Part shown: in pieces, positions 8,824 through 18,283 of the stretch
How the letters are laid out: every line of letters starts with the position of its first letter
Position numbering within the stretch: position 1 is the stretch's first letter
IMG/VR virus record: IMGVR_UViG_3300040959_000769
Coordinates: 1-64,000 of that record
DNA length: 64,000 bases
From: a virus
Direction: 5' to 3' (one strand)
The notes under the pieces: model-generated
Seen by the model: only the letters and a program-made list of their open reading frames with translations
Told to the model about the DNA's origin: nothing
Databases searched by the model: none
Program-made: the position numbers and the translations under genes

Positions 8824-11800
8824 ATGGCTCCACGTCTACGGCAAGAACCGTACAACTCAAACGCCGTTGACGCTGACAATGACGGCATCGTTCAAGAAGG
8901 CACTGCCTTTGAACGTCCAGCAGCAACAAACATCGTTGACGAGTTTGGACGGATTATCAGCGAAGGCATGCAAAGCATGTCTCGTGGATCAGGATGGCGC
9001 GTAGTTGACGGTGATGGAAACGATGTCACCTATACCCCCACTTACAGCAGGGATGGCGGTGCCCCAGATCTGCCTCCACGACCACGTTCAGCAATCGGTT
9101 CAACGCTTGGCGAGTCCAGAGGAACGCTTGGAGCAACCAGCGGAGGAACACTTGGTCAACGGTCAGGATCGCTCGGAGATGGAAGACCAGACGCTCCAGC
9201 AGTAACACCTGAAATAGTAAACGCCCCAGATGTTGTCCCCGACACGCAAGGTGGAACCGCTGATGTTGTTCCAGGTTCCACAGCCAAAGGTCAGGCTTTC
9301 CGTCAACGTGTTGCTGATGCTGGCGGTTTCGACATCACAGACAATGACAGCGACGAGTATCGCGCATACGCTCAAGATCTTAGAGACAGAGGAGTGCTCG
9401 GCTCCGGATATCGCCCTGCTCGCAGCAGACAAGAACAATCAGAACACTTCAAAAAGCAAACTGAAGGAATTCGCTCACACGTTGACAAACAACTAGCTGA
9501 TCCAAACTTGCCAGACGCAAAACGTCAACGATATGTGGAACTAAAACGACGTCTTGATGCAGGAGAAAGTGTTGAAGATCTTGCAAGAGAAACAGCTCGT
9601 AAACATCGAGCAGAACTTAACGACGAAGAAACCCAAGTAAGAATTGATTTCTCGGCAGGCATCCTTGACCAGATAATAGGTTCAGGAGGATTTGTATCTT
9701 CAGCGGACGACACAGCTCAAGACGTATCGTCAGCCGGTGGAGCAGGATCTACCAGAAATCAGCACGAAGCAGCGCTCGGGATCCCGCCATCTCTAGGGGC
9801 AGATGGAAGACCGGTTTCTGGATACATAGTTTCAGGAAGCATGCATCGAGCACGAACCGACGGGGGAGTGCAAAGCGCAGGATTCAACCCGGACCTTGGC
9901 GACGCCGACCAAGATGAAGCCGTCCGCCGAGTCAACATGATAGGTGCCTACGGAGACAGTTTCGTAGTTCTCAAGAAAAACAACATTAGGGATAGGTCAG
10001 CGACTGGGCATGGGGACGCTGTTTCCTACGGATCTGCATTTGGTAAAACCTTTGATGGCGATGAAGAAGATTCAATTACCTCACTATTCAACGACGTTGG
10101 AGGCACGCTACGAGGATCCAATGGCGACGCGAACCGCATGGCGGACACACTGGCATGGGGAGTCAGCGAAGACGACCTCGGCGGGCTTGCACGTCAAACC
10201 GGTAGCGAATCCTCCACGATGAAAAAAGGTATTCAGTCAACAGAGGGATACCAAGAAACCTTCATTACGGGTGGTATCGGCTTGGAGGACATCCAAGAGG
10301 TGAGTCTTCCGGCAGGCATGGATGAGCCTTTCGCTACGGTCACCGGCAAAAAATTTGATGGCGTAAGCAGTATCAATGTCTCTTCGGTCAATGATGAAGC
10401 GCGGAGATCGGGAATGCAGCAAATGTTGATGGACGACAGCGTGACAGCATTCCTCACACCAGAAGAAACCGAGCAGCTCAGAGAAGCAATTGCCGGTGGG
10501 ATATCTGATGCTGTCTGGGAACAAATGAAATCCGGCGGTACGACAACAAGCCTCACCCATATGCGTCGCCTACAAAAACGTGAAGAAATACGTCAACGCC
10601 TTGCGGAAAAAGGTTTTGACGGAAAAGTCACATTTGGTTTCAGCGGACAACCACCAGGGCTTGACTTAGAGAACCCGAACAACCCTGCATTCGCATCAGT
10701 TGCGGGCAGGAACCCAGAAACCGGCTTTGACGCTCTGGGAATGATCACAGCCGACAGAATCAGAGGGATACTCCCGCAAATTAAAACAATTCCGTTTGCA
10801 GGGATTGAAACAAAAGCAGCGAAACTAAAACTCGAGCCCTACAACCCCGACGCTATCGACGGCGACAATGACGGAATCGTCCAAGAAGGCACAGCATGGG
10901 AACGACCAGCAACAACGCTCATCGTTGACGCACTCGGCTTCGCAATGGACTACGGCAAAATGTCAGCCACCCGCATGCCTGGACAAACAATCGTTGACGC
11001 TGACGGCAAGCCAGTGAACTACACGCCGTCCTACATGAAAGAGCCAACCAAAAAACCTGACGGACCACCGCTCCACGGAATATCGTCACTCCGCGATATC
11101 GCCGACGGCTCACCAATTGCTAAACCACCGAAGCCAGCAAAAGAACCCAAAAAACAGCCGTCACTGTTTGGTCTGCCCCAAAAATGGAAACCCGCACAAA
11201 AAGCGAAGTTCCAAATCCCGAAACAAGAGTACGACACACCTCTCCTCGGCGAAGTCATGGTGACCGACGGGATTGCCGACACCTCTAAAGCTCTGCGCGA
11301 CAAAAAAGATGGGCGCTACTTCAAAGAACGACGCAAACTACACAAAGCCATCGTCCAGTTCCACCTTGATAAAAGCAAACCTAAAAAAGAAGGCGAACCC
11401 AAAACTGTCTACTTCCTCGGCGGAGGTCCAGGTTCCGGCAAAACATCCATGTTCAAAGCCGGAACTCTCGGCGTAGATCCAGACACAGTCAGAATTGACC
11501 CGGATGAAATCAAAACAATGATTCCGGAATACCGGAAATGGCTTGACGAAAACTACGTTGAGTCCGCTGGCATGGTTCACAGTGAATCAAAACACATCAC
11601 CGAACTAGCAACAGCATCACTCATCGACAGCGACTCCGACATGGTGTACGACACCACCGGAGACGGAAACTATGCCGGGATGCGCGACAGAATTGAAGAG
11701 ATGCGTCGTAACGGTCACAGCATTGTTGCCCGCTACACGACCATCTCGAAAGCCAAAGCACACCAAATCAACCAAGAACGATTCAAGGAAACTGGTCGGA

Positions 11801-12858
11801 AAGTACCTGGACATCAAGTTGACCACGTCCACACACAAGTATCAATCAACGTCATGCGAGCAATCGCAGACGGACTCTTTGACGACCTAGAACTGTACGA
11901 CAACGAAGATTTCCCGAATGAACCAAAACTGATCCTCAGCGTCAAAAATGGCGAACTTGAAATACTTGACAACGACAAAGTGAAAGATTTCATCGCAAAA
12001 GCAGGTCCAGGTCTGCAACCAGGTCGCAAATCTTCCGACCCGATGCATCTGACAACAAAATCAGCAGTAGAAGCAGGTCTTGAATCTTTAGAAAATTCCG
12101 GATCAGAAGCCGAAATAGCAGCATGGAAATTTTATAGAGGTTCCGGATACAGAAACATCAACGGAACACTCCGAGACCCCAACTTCATTGAAGACGACGC
12201 TCAATACAATGAGATAGTTGACGCAATCACAGCAATTGACGAACTGTTCAACAACCACAGCGTCTCTGTCATGGCACCCACAACTGTATACCGAGGCACA
12301 GTTGACACATTTAGGGCAGACGACGTCCCCGAGGAATACCTTGACCAACTATCCGAAATAATTGCTAAAACTAAACAGTCCGGCGGAAAACCAATCCTTC
12401 AAGACAGAGAATCACTCGAAATCATCGCAGACGCAATGAACGCAGGGATTGATCCGAAAAAACCGTTCACCTACACAGAAGACGGATACATGTCAACAGG
12501 AAGGGAAGTCCTAGACGCTCAAAGTTTCGCCGCAGGAGCAACACTCTCCCCAGAGCTACTTGAATCAATCGTTCAAGAGGAAGACCTGACTGGGATACCT
12601 GTCGTCATGGAAATGTCCGTTCCACCAGGAACGCGATTTGTCGCAGGTCAAACAATGGAAAGCGAATCCGTGTTTGACCGAGGAACCGGAACACGAATCA
12701 TGCGATACGAAGTTGTTGAAGGACCGGAAGGAAAATTCCACATCCGCGCATACGCTGAAATGAAACCCGCCAAAGGAAAACCACCAAAACTTGAAAAAGT
12801 TGACCTGCCCGAAGGCGAACAAACAAACATCATCTTTGATGATGACGACGCAATGTGA
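8824..12858 (+). CDS. Polyvalent protein: DxDxDG leader, degenerate ART-like domain, second leader, zeta-toxin-like P-loop kinase, VIP2/C3-like ADP-ribosyltransferase
   Basis: DADNDGIVQEGT twice; RPVSGY/YGDSFVVLK; FLGGGPGSGKT..IDPDEIK..YDTT; YRGSGYRNINGTLR, VYRG, YMST, ESE. Confidence 0.8.
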   Translation: MAPRLRQEPYNSNAVDADNDGIVQEGTAFERPAATNIVDEFGRIISEGMQSMSRGSGWRVVDGDGNDVTYTPTYSRDGGAPDLPPRPRSAIGSTLGESRGTLGATSGGTLGQRSGSLGDGRPDAPAVTPEIVNAPDVVPDTQGGTADVVPGSTAKGQAFRQRVADAGGFDITDNDSDEYRAYAQDLRDRGVLGSGYRPARSRQEQSEHFKKQTEGIRSHVDKQLADPNLPDAKRQRYVELKRRLDAGESVEDLARETARKHRAELNDEETQVRIDFSAGILDQIIGSGGFVSSADDTAQDVSSAGGAGSTRNQHEAALGIPPSLGADGRPVSGYIVSGSMHRARTDGGVQSAGFNPDLGDADQDEAVRRVNMIGAYGDSFVVLKKNNIRDRSATGHGDAVSYGSAFGKTFDGDEEDSITSLFNDVGGTLRGSNGDANRMADTLAWGVSEDDLGGLARQTGSESSTMKKGIQSTEGYQETFITGGIGLEDIQEVSLPAGMDEPFATVTGKKFDGVSSINVSSVNDEARRSGMQQMLMDDSVTAFLTPEETEQLREAIAGGISDAVWEQMKSGGTTTSLTHMRRLQKREEIRQRLAEKGFDGKVTFGFSGQPPGLDLENPNNPAFASVAGRNPETGFDALGMITADRIRGILPQIKTIPFAGIETKAAKLKLEPYNPDAIDGDNDGIVQEGTAWERPATTLIVDALGFAMDYGKMSATRMPGQTIVDADGKPVNYTPSYMKEPTKKPDGPPLHGISSLRDIADGSPIAKPPKPAKEPKKQPSLFGLPQKWKPAQKAKFQIPKQEYDTPLLGEVMVTDGIADTSKALRDKKDGRYFKERRKLHKAIVQFHLDKSKPKKEGEPKTVYFLGGGPGSGKTSMFKAGTLGVDPDTVRIDPDEIKTMIPEYRKWLDENYVESAGMVHSESKHITELATASLIDSDSDMVYDTTGDGNYAGMRDRIEEMRRNGHSIVARYTTISKAKAHQINQERFKETGRKVPGHQVDHVHTQVSINVMRAIADGLFDDLELYDNEDFPNEPKLILSVKNGELEILDNDKVKDFIAKAGPGLQPGRKSSDPMHLTTKSAVEAGLESLENSGSEAEIAAWKFYRGSGYRNINGTLRDPNFIEDDAQYNEIVDAITAIDELFNNHSVSVMAPTTVYRGTVDTFRADDVPEEYLDQLSEIIAKTKQSGGKPILQDRESLEIIADAMNAGIDPKKPFTYTEDGYMSTGREVLDAQSFAAGATLSPELLESIVQEEDLTGIPVVMEMSVPPGTRFVAGQTMESESVFDRGTGTRIMRYEVVEGPEGKFHIRAYAEMKPAKGKPPKLEKVDLPEGEQTNIIFDDDDAM

Positions 12859-12866
12859 GAAATGAA

Positions 12867-13187
12867 ATGGCAAAACTAACCGGCATCGACCTAATCAACG
12901 GAAGTGGCGACAACCGTTTCGCCTTCAGCCTCTCAGCGATGCGACGCGAAACAAGCACTGACGAAACCACGCCTGAAGAAAGTTACGACGACTTCATTTC
13001 TTCAATAGCGGGAGAAACAGAACCAAAAACCAACCGAGCCAAATACGATGCCGCTAAATTAAAACAAGGCGAATACGTTTTACAGCCAGCATGGTCACCA
13101 ACACACATACCGTCAAAGAACGAAACTGTTTTCCATCTTGACGATGAAGATGATGTACCATCAACTAATAGTGAGGCTGAAACCTAA
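12867..13187 (+). CDS. Hypothetical acidic protein
   Basis: ORF directly after the polyvalent gene. Confidence 0.6.
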   Translation: MAKLTGIDLINGSGDNRFAFSLSAMRRETSTDETTPEESYDDFISSIAGETEPKTNRAKYDAAKLKQGEYVLQPAWSPTHIPSKNETVFHLDDEDDVPSTNSEAET

Positions 13188-13407
13188 TCCCGGCGAATTG
13201 GCATGGCTTGGACTCATCCTGTACATCGTCACATATGACCTCATGGCAGTCCGAAAGGGTATTCATACCCTTTCCAAAGCATTTCATATCATCACACTGA
13301 ACAAAATCGGTCAATCCGTTTTACTCATAGTATGGTCATACCTCACCGTACACCTATTTTATTGGCTACCAGCGAAGTATGACCCACTACGAAGATGGCG
13401 TATCTGA
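13138..13407 (+). CDS. Small membrane protein
   Basis: Two hydrophobic segments; start codon uncertain. Confidence 0.55.
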   Translation: MTMKMMYHQLIVRLKPNPGELAWLGLILYIVTYDLMAVRKGIHTLSKAFHIITLNKIGQSVLLIVWSYLTVHLFYWLPAKYDPLRRWRI

Positions 13408-13410
13408 ACG

Positions 13411-13623
13411 TCACACGTGACTGTTTGACAAAGAGCCTCCCACATGCCAAGAGTTACATTCTTGGCACCGGTAGCCATGGAACACTTCGTGATACTTGCG
13501 TCGCATCCGACGAGCCTGCGCATCGGCACCGCTGCGAGAATAACGCTGCTTGCCTGTAAGTGAGCAAACCCCTGCGCTCTGCGGAGCGGGGCAACCGAAA
13601 TCCCTACGCTTGTGACGCATCAC
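13411..13623 (-). CDS. Small Zn-ribbon protein
   Basis: GKQRY...YRCQECNSWHVG, a common actinophage pattern. Confidence 0.65.
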   Translation of the reverse strand: MMRHKRRDFGCPAPQSAGVCSLTGKQRYSRSGADAQARRMRRKYHEVFHGYRCQECNSWHVGGSLSNSHV

Positions 13624-14459
13624 TCACCTCCTTGGTGCTCGAACATGGCTTCCGTACGGGCAATCGCTTCCAACTCGTCACGTTCGTCCTGTGCGTACCG
13701 TTCACGATCAATGTCCAAGTGCTGTGCCTGCCACTCGTTGAAGAAACGCTGAACGAACTCGGGGACAGGGAAATAGTTCGCACCGCCATGATCAGCAACT
13801 GGTGCTACGCCGTCCAACATTTGGGCGTCATGGTCGCATGTGATGTCGTACACACCGAACTTGTTTGTCCTGTAACACGTCCACAGTACGTTCTCGTACG
13901 TGATTTGTACAAAGTCTCGTGACGAACTGATGGAACAGTTCCGGGTGAACACACCGCCGTTCAAAGTGAGATCCTGATATCGCAAACCAGGGTCCTTCTC
14001 TTGCGAGATCACAGCGTTGCCAGCGATGCATGTCAGTCCACGAATAACGATGTCGTCGCCGGTGACGCGGGCGTGCCCTCCAACACGGCATTCGCCTTCC
14101 AAACGAACCTCTCCGGACACAACAGCGCAATCAGAGACATGAGCACCACCAAACAGCATCAGATATCCCGACAAATGAGCTTCGCCGGACACCATCGCCT
14201 GATCCGAGATCGACACGTTCTTCTCAACCATTGCGCTTCCCGAAACCAGCGCCTCGTTCATCAGCGTGCCGTCACAGTAAGCGTTTCCGCTCACCTGTGC
14301 TTTCGGACCGATTGCAGCGTTTGGTCCAATTGCTGCTTCTGACGAAATTGTTGCACCGTGCGCCACCTTCGCTGAAGGATGAACACCACAATTCGCCTTG
14401 TATCGCAGTAACGCCATCACGTTTGCGCCTCGCGGCTTGTTGTTTGATGAGAACATCAT
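13620..14459 (-). CDS. Left-handed beta-helix (hexapeptide repeat) protein
   Basis: Repeating [VI]xxxA[xV] hexads (VAHGAT/ISSEAA/IGPNAA/IGPKAQ/VSGNAY). Confidence 0.8.
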   Translation of the reverse strand: MMFSSNNKPRGANVMALLRYKANCGVHPSAKVAHGATISSEAAIGPNAAIGPKAQVSGNAYCDGTLMNEALVSGSAMVEKNVSISDQAMVSGEAHLSGYLMLFGGAHVSDCAVVSGEVRLEGECRVGGHARVTGDDIVIRGLTCIAGNAVISQEKDPGLRYQDLTLNGGVFTRNCSISSSRDFVQITYENVLWTCYRTNKFGVYDITCDHDAQMLDGVAPVADHGGANYFPVPEFVQRFFNEWQAQHLDIDRERYAQDERDELEAIARTEAMFEHQGGE

Positions 14460-14623
14460 GATTATCTTTTTCTTTCTGGGCTTTCGCCCGGTTGTTTGAC
14501 CTCTCGGGATGAGGGGTCTGCCTTTACATCTTTGGGATTAGCCCTCCCATAAGGGTTTTGAGAAAAAAATTTCCCTCTCTACTTCTTGAAGACGTGCTGT
14601 GACCGTCAAAATGAAAGTGATTT

Positions 14624-14893
14624 TTACAATTTGTCAAGTTTTTTGAGGGTTTTTTTGAAATCAAGGACTTCTTTCCTTAAATATTGAGCAGATTCTGTTG
14701 ACATTGTCTCTGTGTTCATTGCTGTGTCGTCGTCGTACCTCTGTTTTTCGAGTACTTTCTGGCGTTTCGTGGATGACAGTGATGCCATGTGTTTTAGTCG
14801 CTTGTTGTGGCATGTTTGGCAGAGGGAGAATGCGACGCCGACGGTTGTGTGGCATTTGATGCATTGTTCGATGTGTTCTTCGTGTGTGTTCAT
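14624..14893 (-). CDS. Hypothetical protein with CxxC..CxxC
   Basis: SD AAGGAG upstream; CIKC...CQTC. Confidence 0.55.
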   Translation of the reverse strand: MNTHEEHIEQCIKCHTTVGVAFSLCQTCHNKRLKHMASLSSTKRQKVLEKQRYDDDTAMNTETMSTESAQYLRKEVLDFKKTLKKLDKL

Positions 14894-15216
14894 TTTTTTC
14901 TCCTTGCGATTACATCATTCCAATTAGCCCCATTGGGTCTGTTTGTGTTCGTGTGGTTGGATAATCCGTCCGGGGTGCTGTGATTGGTCAGTTTTTGTTC
15001 GCTAAGGATCCCCATGTCGCTGTTGTGGGGGTGGTGGTCACCTTTTGACACCAACTGGTTGACATTTCGTGTTTGGTGGCGGTAGTGTTCGTGTGATGTC
15101 TATTAGCAACTGTTTTTTGGGGCGGGGGGCGCAGACTCTTGCTGCGTGCCCGTGCAATCGAGTAACATCACTGCACATCAACAAACCGACAGACCCCTAA
15201 AAATTTTTTTTCACAC

Positions 15217-15288
15217 ACCCCTCTAGCTCAATGGCAGAGCAGTAGGCTTTTAACCTATTGGTTGTGGGTTCGAGTCCCACGGGGGGTA
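15217..15288 (+). tRNA. tRNA-Lys(UUU), CCA not encoded
   Basis: Full cloverleaf: ACCCCTC/GGGGGGT acceptor, GCTC/GAGC D-stem, GTAGG-CTTTTAA-CCTAT anticodon arm, GTGGG-TTCGAGT-CCCAC T-arm. Confidence 0.95.
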
Positions 15289-15321
15289 CTCAATGTGTAT
15301 AAATCTATCCGAAAGAGTGTG

Positions 15322-15999
15322 ATGATGGAAAATATTTTCACCCACCAACTAATAGCAGTGAATATTTATACAACCATGTTGGATAACGTCGACAACCAGC
15401 AAATCATCGACGACATCGACCAACACGGACACCCACCCAAACTTGACACCATCCCACAACACGGAATCGACTCACACAGCTACCACGAAGACACCGTCAT
15501 CCCACAAACACAAGCAATACACCAACTAGAACAACAAATAATTCACGCCGTCAACGAAGTAACAAAAACCAGCAACAAAATCGACGCAATCTGGGCCCTC
15601 CACCTCAACCAACACCAATCAGTGATGGCCCACACCCACAAAAGTAACCAACACATCAACCACGACGAATACTGGTCAATCGCCTACTACCCAGAAGCAC
15701 CAGAACACCCCGCAGACCTCATCTTCCACACCACACACAACAACACCATCGACAACACACACCGCATCACACCCAAACCAGGGCTACTCATCATCTTCCC
15801 CTCATACATACTGCACTACACCGACCGGCAACAACAACCACAACGCCGCACCGTCATCAGCGCAAACCTCCACCCAACAAAACCAACAACAACAAACAAC
15901 GCCGACTGGACCCCATACAAAAAACGTCCAATAATCGTCAACCAAGAACTAGCCGACAAATACAAAGAACAACAACGAAAAGGATGGCGCTACGGATGA
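15322..15999 (+). CDS. Putative 2OG-Fe(II) oxygenase
   Basis: AHTH (HxH), SIAYYP, PKPGLLIIFPSYILH, RTVISANL. Confidence 0.8.
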   Translation: MMENIFTHQLIAVNIYTTMLDNVDNQQIIDDIDQHGHPPKLDTIPQHGIDSHSYHEDTVIPQTQAIHQLEQQIIHAVNEVTKTSNKIDAIWALHLNQHQSVMAHTHKSNQHINHDEYWSIAYYPEAPEHPADLIFHTTHNNTIDNTHRITPKPGLLIIFPSYILHYTDRQQQPQRRTVISANLHPTKPTTTNNADWTPYKKRPIIVNQELADKYKEQQRKGWRYG

Positions 16000-16541
16000 A
16001 AAACACACCCATCCGCATCCAACTCACCCCAAAACAAATCCAACAAACAAACGACTGGGTACAACAACAACAAAACAACAAACGCAACACAAACGTCCCA
16101 GACCGAGCATTCGACCACAAACAAACAAGCTACAACATCGCCCTCATCGGAAAACTCGGCGAAGTAGCCGCACAACAAACATTCGGCGGCACCATCGACT
16201 GGAACATCTACCCACTCGGCGACGACGGCAACGACCTACAACTAAAACACCACACAACCCTCGTCAAAACAAACACCTACCAAGGCAACCCAAAAAACGT
16301 CCACCTCATCATCAACACACTCCAAGAAGTCCAAAAAACACAAGCCGCAATCCTCGTACACCTACAAGGCGACAAACACCAACCAACAAACCCCAACAAC
16401 ACCTGGGAAATCTGCGGCATCATCAGCACCACCAAATACCTCAAACACCACAAAACACTAAACTACGGACACGGCACCCGCACCTACATAGAAAAACACC
16501 ACCTCACACACCCACACACCTACAAAGCGATGTACCCATGA
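15996..16541 (+). CDS. Hypothetical protein, possible PD-(D/E)xK nuclease
   Basis: GKLGEVAA...DDGNDL...VKT pattern. Confidence 0.55.
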   Translation: MKNTPIRIQLTPKQIQQTNDWVQQQQNNKRNTNVPDRAFDHKQTSYNIALIGKLGEVAAQQTFGGTIDWNIYPLGDDGNDLQLKHHTTLVKTNTYQGNPKNVHLIINTLQEVQKTQAAILVHLQGDKHQPTNPNNTWEICGIISTTKYLKHHKTLNYGHGTRTYIEKHHLTHPHTYKAMYP

Positions 16542-17770
16542 CACAACCAACATTCGGATCACTATTCGCAGGAGTCGGAGGATTCGACCTCGGCTTCGAA
16601 GCAGCCGGATACACCTGCCAATTCCAAGTCGAATGGGACAAAAACTGTCGCCAAATCCTAGACCACAACTGGCCACACGTCCCCAAATGGGAAGACGTCA
16701 ACAACGTCCACGGAGCCGACCTCCCACCCGTAGACATCATCACCTACGGATTCCCCTGCCAAGACCTATCAGTAGCCGGAAAACGCGCCGGACTAGACGG
16801 AGACCGATCAGGACTCTTCTTCCAAGCAATCCGCATCATCCACGAAATGAGAGAAGCAACAAATGGAAAATACCCAAAAATCGCTGTCGCCGAAAACGTC
16901 CCAGGACTCCTCAGTGCCGACAAAGGCGCTGCAATGGCAAGATGCCTTGACACGCTGGCCGAAATCGGGGCACTGGTCCAAGAATGGCACATCCTGGACG
17001 CACAATGGTTCGGAGTACCCCAACGACGGCGCAGAATCTTTCTCACATCTATCTTCGATCCTACAACCGCCCAACGAAGTCCCCAACAAATATTCCCTGT
17101 CGCAAAAAGCGGCACAAGGGATCCTAAGGAGAGCAACAAGACGAGGGAAACAACTCCCCCCACTCCTCAACACAGCACTACAACACCTAGCCAACCAACC
17201 GTCTACGTAAAAGCAAAACGCGCCCAAAACAACACAGACGACGAAAGTTGGGAAACAAACCGCCCCAACCCAACACTCAACGCCTTCGACCAAGGCGACA
17301 CACGCACCACAACCACAATCGTCTACACCCCACAACCCATCGGCTTCTCCCACACACAAGGACTAGACGCACAACCCTCCACCCAATCATTCCCAACACT
17401 CAGAACCGGCGGAGCCGGACACGCAGTCGCACAACCCATCGGCATCCACGGCAAAAACATCGGACGCCAAGACAAAAACACCAGCAACGGCGCAGGCTGG
17501 ACACAAGAAAACGACCCCATGTACACACTCACCACCGTAGACATCCACGCCATCGCCGACGAACAAGCACAACACACCCAACTCGCAGTACGACGACTCA
17601 CACCACTCGAATGCGAACGACTAATGGGCTGGCCAGAAAACCACACACTCCACCGCGCCGACGGCAAACAAAACTCCGACTCACAACGCTACAAACAATG
17701 CGGAAACGGAGTCGCCGCACCAGTCGCAAAATGGGTCGCCACCCACCTCAAACCACTCATACAAATCTAA
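16538..17770 (+). CDS. dcm: DNA (cytosine-5) methyltransferase
   Basis: SLFAGVGG (I), GFPCQDLS (IV), ENVPG (VI), QRRRRIF (VIII), RRLTPLECERLMG (IX), GNGV (X). Confidence 0.95.
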   Translation: MTQPTFGSLFAGVGGFDLGFEAAGYTCQFQVEWDKNCRQILDHNWPHVPKWEDVNNVHGADLPPVDIITYGFPCQDLSVAGKRAGLDGDRSGLFFQAIRIIHEMREATNGKYPKIAVAENVPGLLSADKGAAMARCLDTLAEIGALVQEWHILDAQWFGVPQRRRRIFLTSIFDPTTAQRSPQQIFPVAKSGTRDPKESNKTRETTPPTPQHSTTTPSQPTVYVKAKRAQNNTDDESWETNRPNPTLNAFDQGDTRTTTTIVYTPQPIGFSHTQGLDAQPSTQSFPTLRTGGAGHAVAQPIGIHGKNIGRQDKNTSNGAGWTQENDPMYTLTTVDIHAIADEQAQHTQLAVRRLTPLECERLMGWPENHTLHRADGKQNSDSQRYKQCGNGVAAPVAKWVATHLKPLIQI

Positions 17771-17798
17771 CCAAAACACACACCACCACCAAAAAAAA

Positions 17799-17951
17799 AT
17801 GGACACCCCACAACGCATCAAACAAATACGACAACTCGTATCACAACTCCCAAACGACCACAACAAACACGTACTCAACCGCATCACAGACCTACTAGAA
17901 CACATCACAAGAACAGATAAATCTAACCAGAATACGCCGAACCAAAAATAA
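17799..17951 (+). CDS. 50-aa hypothetical protein
   Basis: MDTPQRIKQIRQLVSQLP...; below the ORF-track cutoff, translated by hand. Confidence 0.45.
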   Translation: MDTPQRIKQIRQLVSQLPNDHNKHVLNRITDLLEHITRTDKSNQNTPNQK

Positions 17952-18248
17952 CCCCAACCCCTCCCCCCCGGCGTTTGGCGTGCGCTCGTAAGTCCCGACA
18001 GGCGTTTTTGGCTGGGTGGTGTTGCTCGTGTCGATGTCGATGGTCGATAGCTCGTTCGATAGCTCGTGTGTTCGACGTGTTTGACGGGCGGGCGAGCAGT
18101 TCGGCGAGCAGCGGGCGTTGCTGTCGGCGTGTGGGGCGGGTTGGCGAGGCGGGTGGTTTGGGTTGGTGTGTTGTGTGCGAGGCGAGCGGGTTTCGTCACC
18201 GCTCGTTTCGTGACCGCAAGATTATTTCGGATTATTTCGTAAATAGTG

Positions 18249-18276
18249 TTGACATCTGTTGTGTGATGAGTAAGAT
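18249..18276 (+). promoter_or_regulatory. SigA-type promoter, probably leaderless
   Basis: TTGACA-N16-TAAGAT, ATG 7 nt downstream. Confidence 0.65.
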
Positions 18277-18283
18277 GTACAAC

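Noticed and set aside
15322..15999. TET/JBP identity for the oxygenase next to the C5-MTase
   Set aside because: It has HxH and IIFPS..LH..R motifs of a different 2OG family; TET/JBP HxD signatures are not recognisable, so it is kept only as a weak hypothesis
17248..17898. Long His/Thr/Gln/Arg-rich ORFs in alternative frames (also 44560-44931, 43678-44001, 16633-16950 and Val/Gly/Cys-rich reverse ORFs)
   Set aside because: Artefacts of A/C skew: stop codons need T and are rare on the A/C strand; they overlap well-supported genes
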